Made by a program: the position numbers and the translations under genes. Below are positions 28,926 to 36,453 of a stretch of DNA of 64,000 nt, piece after piece. The DNA is taken from the NCBI GenBank assembly GCA_049325335.1, contig JBMOMC010000006.1, positions 32,001 through 96,000 of the forward strand, in the 5' to 3' direction. A model generated the notes under the pieces. The model did no database searches. It was given only the letters and a program-made list of their open reading frames with translations, and had not been told where the DNA came from. The stretch is from Nitrospirota bacterium. GTDB lineage: Bacteria > Nitrospirota > Nitrospiria > 2-01-FULL-66-17. How positions within the stretch are numbered: the first letter of the stretch is position 1; each line of letters starts with the position of its first letter.

Positions 28926-30333
28926 GATTCTGGTCGTTGAAGACGACCCCAACTACGTCGAACTGTACGGAGCGGTCTTGAAGGCCGCGGGATACACGAC
29001 CGCCGTCGCGTCCGATCCCCAAGCCGCGCTCGCAGCGATCCATCGGCGCGCACCGGACCTGGTGCTCCTCGATCTGACCTTTGAGGGCACGCCGCAGGCC
29101 GGGTTGGACTTCATTCCTGACGCGCTCCATCGACAGCCGGACCTTCCTATCACCGTGGTGAGTAGCCAGGATCAGAGCGCGATCATCACCAAGGCCCTGG
29201 AACTGGGCGCGGTGGATTACATCGTGAAGGATCAATCGCTCTACGACCTGCTCGCGTTCCGGGTGGGGCAGACGCTGACCCGCACGCGCCTGGAGCGGCG
29301 GATCAAGATGGACGGCGGGTTCATCTTCGACGCGGGCCGGGTGATCATCGGGCGGTCTCCAGCGATGGTGCATGTCTACGACCTGATCGAGCGCGTTGCC
29401 CAGCACCGGTCCACCGTGCTCATCCTGGGGGAGAGCGGGACCGGGAAGGAACTGGTGGCCCAAGCCATCCACGCGCGCAAGGGGCTGCCCAGCGCGCCGT
29501 TCGTCTCGATCGATTGCGGCGCCGTACCGAAGTCCGTCTTGGAACCCGAGTTGTTTGGGGTGAAGGCGAATTACCCAGGCTTTCACAACAAAGAGCGGCT
29601 GGTCGGCAAGCTGGAGGCCGCCGGAGAAGGAACGCTCTTCCTCGATGAGATCGGCAACATGGAGATGGACCTGCAGGCCTCCCTGTTGCGCGTACTTGAG
29701 GAGCGCCGGTTCACACCGATCGGGGACACGACACCTCAATCGCTCAAAGCCCAGGTCGTCGCCTCGACCAACGTCAACATCGACGCGGCCATCCGAACGG
29801 GAAAGTTCCGCGAAGATCTCTACTATCGCCTGAACGAAGTCCCGATCGTGTTGCCCCCGCTGCGCGACCGGAAGGAGGACATTCCCTTGTTGGTGCGACA
29901 CGTGCTCGCTCAACACGAGGTGCGGTCGGGCGATCGGATCGAGATCGTGCCGGAGGCGGTGGAGAAACTGATGGCCTACGATTGGCCCGGCAATGTGCGG
30001 GAACTCGTCAAGACGTTGCAGCGAGCGGCGACATTGTGCCGGTCCCGTTATCTCACGCCGAAAGATTTCGATCTCAGCCCGTCCACGGCCAAGCCCACGG
30101 CTGGGGCGATCGAATTTACACCCGTTGACGAGTCGGTCCTGTCGATTTCGGTTCGTGTGCCGTTCGAGAGTACGCCGTTGGCCGAGTTCACGCGCGCTGC
30201 GAGAAGGGCATACGCCAAGCATGCCATGGCGCAGTCCAAGGGCAATCGGCTCATGGCAGCGGGGCTGTTAGGCGTCGACATCAGAACACTGCGACGGTTG
30301 CTGAATAACCGCAGTGGAGACGAGGGGACGTGA
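28912..30333 (+). CDS. NtrC-family response regulator (REC-AAA+-Fis HTH) lacking GAFTGA
   Basis: GESGTGKELVA, LFLDEIG, FREDLYYRL, WPGNVREL; loop 1 reads ELFGVKANYPGFHN. Confidence 0.9.
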   Translation: MERAEILVVEDDPNYVELYGAVLKAAGYTTAVASDPQAALAAIHRRAPDLVLLDLTFEGTPQAGLDFIPDALHRQPDLPITVVSSQDQSAIITKALELGAVDYIVKDQSLYDLLAFRVGQTLTRTRLERRIKMDGGFIFDAGRVIIGRSPAMVHVYDLIERVAQHRSTVLILGESGTGKELVAQAIHARKGLPSAPFVSIDCGAVPKSVLEPELFGVKANYPGFHNKERLVGKLEAAGEGTLFLDEIGNMEMDLQASLLRVLEERRFTPIGDTTPQSLKAQVVASTNVNIDAAIRTGKFREDLYYRLNEVPIVLPPLRDRKEDIPLLVRHVLAQHEVRSGDRIEIVPEAVEKLMAYDWPGNVRELVKTLQRAATLCRSRYLTPKDFDLSPSTAKPTAGAIEFTPVDESVLSISVRVPFESTPLAEFTRAARRAYAKHAMAQSKGNRLMAAGLLGVDIRTLRRLLNNRSGDEGT

Positions 30334-30431
30334 TGGAAAGAGATCGCGCTTTGCAGCTCCCTCTGAACACCGCTTCTACAGGCAGTCTTGCCGCGAGTCT
30401 CTGCCGTTCGTCTCCCCGCCCTCCAATGCCT

Positions 30432-31652
30432 TCAACTGAAGAAATTGAACGATCTTGACTCAGGAAATTTACAATTAGGATTTCTAAAGAGCAGTCCCTC
30501 ATTGTAGAAGCGGCTAACGTTGGTAGTCCTCTCGCTTCTGACTTCTGACCAATAGCCTATTGCTGCGACGTGAGAGAGCCCGGGCTTCGCAAGCTCAAGG
30601 CAGGTCATGATTTGCAGGGCGCTATCCGTATTTAGACCGTGAAGATCATCTATCCCTTCTAAAAAACACCAAATCAGACCGGGTCGTGACGTATCTAATT
30701 GCCCAACAGCATTGGAAATCCTATCCCTGATGCCAGATACGACATGATCAGCCTTGTTCGACTTCAAGATCAGTTCAACGGGATCAACGGGGTGCCCACC
30801 GTGGCCCCTTGCGAAAACTGCCCCGTGAGCGTGGTGTTGCTCTTCCTTGTTCAGCTTTTCGTACAGGTTGCTGTAGCACGAAGCAAAATCCACAGCGGCT
30901 TTGCTCGATCTCTCTAGCTCTACGTGTAATGTCCCTTGATCGATAGACCGAAAGCCGTGGTTTCCCGTGGTCCTTATTGATTGAATGACTGAGTGCAATA
31001 AGGTGTCCAAGTACTGCTCATTGGTATGAAGCCGGTCGTTTAACGTGAGATCAATTGTCCCCGAATATCCCATCTTCTCGATTTCGGGAATCAGCTTTTC
31101 TGCAAGTCGGTAAAAGTCTCTCCGTCTAATCTTTCTGGACGCGTCTACGCTTATTCGTTTGCACTCAACATTAAATTCTACCGTGGGGGCTTTCACTAGG
31201 AACTCTGAATGGCGGCGAGAGTCGTCACTGTGCCATTGAATTGAATAGCCCTTCACATAAAAAGGCCATGCCGCTGCTATCTCAAACAGAGCGTCATATG
31301 ATCGTTCGTCAACAGTAAGGTCCCGACGATATTTCTCTCTGATCGAGTCGGGCATCAGTTTCTGAAGAGTAGTTATCTTTTTCGCATCAGCAGCTAGGTT
31401 CTTCAGTTCGCCCGTAAGGTTTAATCGTAGAGACTTGCCAGCCTTGAGCAGCGCACGATACTCGCTAAGAGCTTGCCACCATGGATGCCTATATTTTAGA
31501 AAATACTCCCGATATACCGGGCCAGCCGATCGGAGGGCCTTTTCGTATCTTTCGAGTTGTTTCTCCACAGTAATTGGCCCTAGAAACCGAATGAGTTTCC
31601 TGACCAAATTCGACACCTCAGTGTCATGAAGCTCTGCAACTGACTGCGTCAT
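30432..31652 (-). CDS. Hypothetical protein with PD-(D/E)xK-like motif
   Basis: ALFEI...HSEFLV...FNVECK spacing resembles a restriction-endonuclease fold; visibly lower GC. Confidence 0.55.
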   Translation of the reverse strand: MTQSVAELHDTEVSNLVRKLIRFLGPITVEKQLERYEKALRSAGPVYREYFLKYRHPWWQALSEYRALLKAGKSLRLNLTGELKNLAADAKKITTLQKLMPDSIREKYRRDLTVDERSYDALFEIAAAWPFYVKGYSIQWHSDDSRRHSEFLVKAPTVEFNVECKRISVDASRKIRRRDFYRLAEKLIPEIEKMGYSGTIDLTLNDRLHTNEQYLDTLLHSVIQSIRTTGNHGFRSIDQGTLHVELERSSKAAVDFASCYSNLYEKLNKEEQHHAHGAVFARGHGGHPVDPVELILKSNKADHVVSGIRDRISNAVGQLDTSRPGLIWCFLEGIDDLHGLNTDSALQIMTCLELAKPGLSHVAAIGYWSEVRSERTTNVSRFYNEGLLFRNPNCKFPESRSFNFFS

Positions 31653-31700
31653 TTTATGGCGCGGAGTTTTGAGAGTTTCCGCGTCTCACGGCAACCTTGA

Positions 31701-32762
31701 TTATGGTAACGGAGCCAAGAGACCTCTCCTTGACTTGATGGTGATCGCGTCAGATGGACGGCGCTCAAAATCTTCATCCGAGATCTTGTGCATTATTTGG
31801 GGTGTGCCTCCGTCGGGAGGAATGAAGAGGACTGTTGCTGCGGCGGAACCAGACCGCATGACGTCCGGGCCTACCGCAAAGCAATCGCCAAATAGAACGC
31901 CTAGCGGCCCGTCAAAGCTATGATCCTTGTAAAACTTCAGCACGCGGCAGTTGGTGAGTTGTATCTGATCGGGATCGATCCTAGAGAAACGATCATAAAA
32001 GTCTCTTCTGTCGACGGGCGGAAGAAAGACGACTCGATCTGCGATACCGGCAACAAGGGTAAGTTCTTTCCCCACAAGGCCAATACCTATCCATGGGCTA
32101 TCGAATCCACCATTTGGACAGCGGGCTATGAACGGGCCCTCCAAGATTTGTTCCGTGGGTCTGGTGATCTGTTCTCTGAGTGGATTGAGATGTTTCTGAA
32201 GCGCCCACGAATATCCCAGTTCCCGAAACCACAGAAGATATGCCGAGGTCAGAAAGCCAATCGCAATCAGCCGTTGTTTTTCCTCTTCCAGGATCGGAAT
32301 CGGTACGGTAACGGTGAGGTGGCCAGGGCGAGCGGCTTGCAGTTCTTCTAGTCGTCTCAGCGAATCTGGAGAGGTCTTGTCTGCCCAAATAAGAAATTGG
32401 AGGCCAGTCGCAGGCGTAAACTCGAAACTGCCACTAACCCGTATACCCGAGACTTCAAAATAGCCTCTTGTCAGTCTTGTGTTTAGGACAGACTGCTGAC
32501 CGTCTCTTCGCAGTCTTAGGTACTCTCCGAACCATTTATCCTGCCGAGTTCCGAACGTACTGTTGCATCGTCTACAGATAAGGGTCTTCAGCGTCCCCCC
32601 TGCGACGCGTGGGATGACGTGAGCCTCGCTAATTTCGTCAGGTTGATCACCCGGAATCGAATTGAGACAAGTCGGGCAGAGAAAATGGCCTGCGAATTGC
32701 GGATGGAACAAAGCGAAGCTTCTTGCAAGCTCTGAAATGACTCTCTGTTTCGTCCGTTTCAT
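31701..32762 (-). CDS. HNH endonuclease domain protein
   Basis: CPTC ... SEAHVIPRVAGG ... CRRCNSTFG. Confidence 0.75.
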   Translation of the reverse strand: MKRTKQRVISELARSFALFHPQFAGHFLCPTCLNSIPGDQPDEISEAHVIPRVAGGTLKTLICRRCNSTFGTRQDKWFGEYLRLRRDGQQSVLNTRLTRGYFEVSGIRVSGSFEFTPATGLQFLIWADKTSPDSLRRLEELQAARPGHLTVTVPIPILEEEKQRLIAIGFLTSAYLLWFRELGYSWALQKHLNPLREQITRPTEQILEGPFIARCPNGGFDSPWIGIGLVGKELTLVAGIADRVVFLPPVDRRDFYDRFSRIDPDQIQLTNCRVLKFYKDHSFDGPLGVLFGDCFAVGPDVMRSGSAAATVLFIPPDGGTPQIMHKISDEDFERRPSDAITIKSRRGLLAPLP

Positions 32763-33251
32763 GTTGTCGAGAACAGACCCCGCTTACCAGAGTCCCACTT
32801 GCGCGCTACATCTGAGCAGCTCGCGTAGATCGTCGAGCAAGGACACGCCAGCATAGACTCTAGCCGAGCTGACAGTCAAGAAATCGCCGAAGAACAGCGT
32901 TACGAGGGCTCTCCCCCGGTGTATGCTGCTTCCGGATTAGAACGCTCATGCGGAAATCCCGAAGTTCCCATCGACGCTCATGGGCTCCAGCGCGTGTCCG
33001 TCGGGCGCGCGTCACGCCAAATCCGGATTCACGCTGGCCGGTTTCCTGCGTTCGAGCCCGCGTCTCTCCCGGTATGATCACTGCGAGCGCCTAGCGCCTT
33101 CCGCGCTTCGGGCCTTTCGAGAAGCGGTCAGAGGCGGCCTTTTCGCCGCACGGCGTGTCCGGCACTGTCCTCATCACGGCCGGAAGGCGTGAATTCTGGC
33201 CGCTCCGGGAGGCATGGTTCTGGCAGTTTCTCTCTGCGACCTGTTTGCGTC

Positions 33252-33758
33252 ATGGATGACGTGCCAACGCCGGGTGAGAAATACAAGGCCCTGAAGGAAC
33301 GGCTCTGGAACCAACCGCGTCCTCGCCAGATTCTGGAGCGACTCGAGCAGCACCGCGCCAGCCCCCCGATGTTGGAAACCGTGGCGCAGACCTTTGTGAA
33401 TGGGCGGCACGGGGAGGCGGAGATCAGATCGGCCATCTACAGCGAGCTGCTCCGCAATCGCGACCGGACCGCGGTTCTCAAACGAATCGGCGATCTCCGC
33501 CACTGCCTTATGAAGATTCAACAGGATCTGTCCCACGTCGCGCGCGAGTTGCATCAACTCAAGGTCTGGGAGGGACACCGCGTCTTGGGATACGAGTCCT
33601 GGGGCGACTGTCTCGAGAAGGAGTTGGAGTTGTCCGATCAGGTGGCGAGGATGCTGTTCTTGGCGGAGGAGCAGGGGGAGCGGGCCACGTTCGACGCGTT
33701 CGTGCGGACGCTCATCAAAGGCTACGCGGCGACCCGGCCGGCCGTGGCGGTGAAATGA
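33252..33758 (+). CDS. Hypothetical helical protein
   Basis: First gene of the ParB module; LGYESWGDCLEKELELS resembles mobile-element HTH-like segments; start uncertain. Confidence 0.6.
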   Translation: MDDVPTPGEKYKALKERLWNQPRPRQILERLEQHRASPPMLETVAQTFVNGRHGEAEIRSAIYSELLRNRDRTAVLKRIGDLRHCLMKIQQDLSHVARELHQLKVWEGHRVLGYESWGDCLEKELELSDQVARMLFLAEEQGERATFDAFVRTLIKGYAATRPAVAVK

Positions 33759-34195
33759 ACGAGGAACTGCCCGAGGCTTGGTGCTGGGAACGGTTACGGA
33801 GTCTTCGCTGGCCGGCCCGTGTGGTCTGCCCCCACTGTCGCCGACCCGCAGGCCGGCATCATCGAAGGCGGCATGCGCTGTACTACCGGTGCGCGCGGTG
33901 CCAGCGAGTGTTCTCCGACCTCACCGGTACGCCATTCCAGGGCAGCCCGCTGCCGCTGGCGTGTTGGTTTCGAGCCATTGCGTGGCAAATGATGAGTGAG
34001 TCCGGCAGCGCCGCTGCGCTCGCTGAGGCGGTTGGTGTGGACCACCGAACCGCAAGGAAGATGCAGCATCGGCTTGCCATGCTTGACCGTGATCCGTTGT
34101 TGCGGGCCATCGGAACGAGCGTGCTCTGTCAGAGGCCGGAGTCACATGTGCACATCGGAGTGGGTTTTGACACCGTGTCAAAACCCACTCCGTAA
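33755..34195 (+). CDS. IS1595-type zinc ribbon + HTH protein without DDE domain
   Basis: LRWP..VVCPHC ... YRCARCQRVFSDLTGTPF..SPLPL..WF.AI ... SAAALAEAVGVDHRTA; ATGA overlap with upstream gene. Confidence 0.75.
   Translation: MNEELPEAWCWERLRSLRWPARVVCPHCRRPAGRHHRRRHALYYRCARCQRVFSDLTGTPFQGSPLPLACWFRAIAWQMMSESGSAAALAEAVGVDHRTARKMQHRLAMLDRDPLLRAIGTSVLCQRPESHVHIGVGFDTVSKPTP
34156..34192. repeat. Perfect 18-bp inverted repeat with 1-nt spacer (parS/operator candidate)
   Basis: CGGAGTGGGTTTTGACAC-C-GTGTCAAAACCCACTCCG, ending 24 bp before the ParB ATG. Confidence 0.85.
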
Positions 34196-34216
34196 TGCTT
34201 CGCGCAGGAGAGTGAG

Positions 34217-35608
34217 ATGAGCATCGAGCAACAGAGTGAGCATCGCGAGATGGACCGGCTCATCGAACAATACGTCGCGGATCCGCAGAGCCTTTCGTTG
34301 GAGGAGCAGCGACGGATCTACGACCACTTTCTCAAACGCGTTGGGGCGGACGATACCGAATGCGAGCAATTGAAGCTCGCGCTGCAGGCGGTCGATCAGG
34401 CATTGGACAGGGCCAGGCAAGGGGATGCGGCCTATCGGGTCACGCCACGGGGGACGTACTGGCGTCGCGACGCGGAGATGAAACTGGTGCCGATCGACGC
34501 CCTGTTTCCTAGCGACGACAATCAGGACCTGTTTCGGGACATGGAGGGTGAGGACTTCGAGCAGCTCAAGGGCTCCATTCAAGAACTTGGCGTGATCGAG
34601 CCGTTGATCGTGGACGAAGATATGCGGCTCATCTGCGGGCACCAGCGACTGCGGGCGGCCAAGGCTGTGGGCCTGCCATCGGTCCCGGTGGTGATCCGGT
34701 CTGTGGGAGAAGCCGAGACCCGGGCCATGATCACGATCGAAGAGAACATCCGCCGGCGCCAACTCCAACCCTCCGAGATGGCTCGAGCGATCAAGAAATT
34801 GACGGAACTCAAGACCCGCGCCGGACAGGTGGCGGAAACCGTTGGGCTGTCCGACCGCCAGGTCCAGCGCTATCGCAGTCTCTCGGACCTCATCCCCGAG
34901 CTGTCGGTCCTGCTGGACGGCGGCACGCTGACGCAGCACGTGGCGATCCAATTGGCCCAGTTGGATGAGACGGCTCAGCGCGAGTTGTACCACGCCATGA
35001 AGGACCGGATGGCCAGGACCTTGGAGGGGCAAAAGGCGGTCGAGTTCGAAACGATGCACGCCGGGCTTTTGAAGGAACTGGACGGGCTGTCCGCCGAGGT
35101 GAAGAGTATCACGCAGCGCGACGGCGAGCTGACCGCGCATCTGACCGAATTGCAGCAGCGCCTCGATCGGGCGGAGGGTCAGGTCGGGGGCGAGATCAAG
35201 GCGAAGAAGCTCTTGGAGGAAGAGCTGGAAAAAGTCCGTGCCGAGATGTACCGGAAGGTCCAGGAGAAGCAGGCGCTGATCGACAAGCTGACGAAGAACA
35301 CGGAACCGACGGTCGTTCCGCCCGCTGATTACCAGGCCCTCAAGGCTGAGAACGTCAAACTCAAGGCTGCGCTGAAGGAACGCGGCGAGTCCGTCGCGAA
35401 AGCAACGCCACAGGCCGGCGCCGTCGTGGCCGAACTGGATGCCCTCATCGGCACCCGGTTATTGGCGATCGATCCCGAGGCCCTCACTCGGAATATCTCA
35501 CCCGCTGTAAAAGATCAGCTCCAATCCCTCCTGCGAAAACTGGAGGCCTGGATCGCAGGCGTCAAGCAGCGCCTCGGCGCTCCTCGAATCGCCAGCAAGA
35601 AGTCGTGA
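34217..35608 (+). CDS. ParB/Srx-domain protein with HTH and long coiled coil
   Basis: LKGSIQELGVIEPLIV..LICGHQRLRAA..ENIRRRQL; HTH VAETVGLSDRQVQRY; RBS AGGAG. Confidence 0.85.
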   Translation: MSIEQQSEHREMDRLIEQYVADPQSLSLEEQRRIYDHFLKRVGADDTECEQLKLALQAVDQALDRARQGDAAYRVTPRGTYWRRDAEMKLVPIDALFPSDDNQDLFRDMEGEDFEQLKGSIQELGVIEPLIVDEDMRLICGHQRLRAAKAVGLPSVPVVIRSVGEAETRAMITIEENIRRRQLQPSEMARAIKKLTELKTRAGQVAETVGLSDRQVQRYRSLSDLIPELSVLLDGGTLTQHVAIQLAQLDETAQRELYHAMKDRMARTLEGQKAVEFETMHAGLLKELDGLSAEVKSITQRDGELTAHLTELQQRLDRAEGQVGGEIKAKKLLEEELEKVRAEMYRKVQEKQALIDKLTKNTEPTVVPPADYQALKAENVKLKAALKERGESVAKATPQAGAVVAELDALIGTRLLAIDPEALTRNISPAVKDQLQSLLRKLEAWIAGVKQRLGAPRIASKKS

Positions 35609-35615
35609 GGTCGTC

Positions 35616-36125
35616 GTGTCGCCGCTCGATCCCGACGACGAGCCGACCGACAAGGATTCAGCCCCGCAACTGTTCTCCGACGAAGAACGCGACCTCCTCG
35701 TGAAACGCCTGGCGCTCTGCGGCCTTCCCACGCGGGAAATCGTCCGCATCACGGCTGCGTCCGGCCGAACCGTGGCCCGTATCATCCAGCGGTGGGGGAT
35801 CCGGCGGCCCAGACCGGGGTACCGGTCAGTCGCGAGAATGCGACGAGCGCAACGCCTCACCGAGATCCTCACCGGTTATTACGCCCTGAACGAGGTCACG
35901 CTCGATTCGCTCGATCGCTTGGCCAGAGAGCACGGCCTCTCGGTCAAGGAGCTGTTCGATCTGATCCGCGAGAACGTGTCGCCATCCCGCTGGGCGATCC
36001 GCGCCTGCCTGGCCTGCGGGCAAGTGGCCCTGACGTCGTCGGCGGCTGATCGGTATTGCTTGGCGTGCAAGGGCACGGTGAAGAAAGCGCGGGGGAAAGT
36101 AGACGAGGCGGTTCTTTACGAGTAA
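35616..36125 (+). CDS. Hypothetical HTH + zinc-ribbon protein
   Basis: GLPTREIVRITAASGRTVARIIQRWGI HTH-like; C-terminal CLACG...YCLACK. Confidence 0.65.
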   Translation: MSPLDPDDEPTDKDSAPQLFSDEERDLLVKRLALCGLPTREIVRITAASGRTVARIIQRWGIRRPRPGYRSVARMRRAQRLTEILTGYYALNEVTLDSLDRLAREHGLSVKELFDLIRENVSPSRWAIRACLACGQVALTSSAADRYCLACKGTVKKARGKVDEAVLYE

Positions 36126-36263
36126 TCGGCGTCGTGGTTTGCATCAACAAATTTCCGGTGCAATTGTCGTCTTGCATCACTGAGCAGGCACATACTGACG
36201 TGTAAATCTTAGGGAAACGCTGCCCAGTTTTTGGGCGATGTGCTCGGGCCACGATCATCAGGG

Positions 36264-36321
36264 CTCTCCACTCGTGTTCCCACAAGCTGTCCACACGATT
36301 TTTCACAGCATCTGTGGAGGA
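36264..36321. promoter_or_regulatory. Cluster of DnaA-box-like nonamers
   Basis: CTCTCCACT 36264, GTTCCCACA 36276, CTGTCCACA 36287, TTTTTCACA 36299 (fits TTWTNCACA), inverted TGTGGAGGA 36313. Confidence 0.5.
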
Positions 36322-36358
36322 GATTCTTGCGATCAAAGGGCACGGACGGGTGGTTTCC

Positions 36359-36388
36359 TTGACCCGTGGAGCCGCGACGGGCTATGCT
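36359..36388 (+). promoter_or_regulatory. Putative sigma70 promoter of SNF2 helicase gene
   Basis: TTGACC-N18-TATGCT. Confidence 0.4.
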
Positions 36389-36453
36389 GCGGTGCGGTTT
36401 TCGAGGGGCCTGCCTTGCCTGAACCCGGTTCCAGCGCCGTCGAGCGCGCATCG

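Noticed and set aside
33755..34195. Active IS1595 insertion sequence
   Set aside because: No DDE domain, terminal repeats or target duplication were seen.
36238..36453. N-terminal extensions in the ORF track (SNF2; likewise fadL 22725, permease 17049, traC 58406, res 44900)
   Set aside because: Downstream starts fit RBS, gene overlaps and family N-termini better, and the extensions overlap regulatory DNA or other genes.
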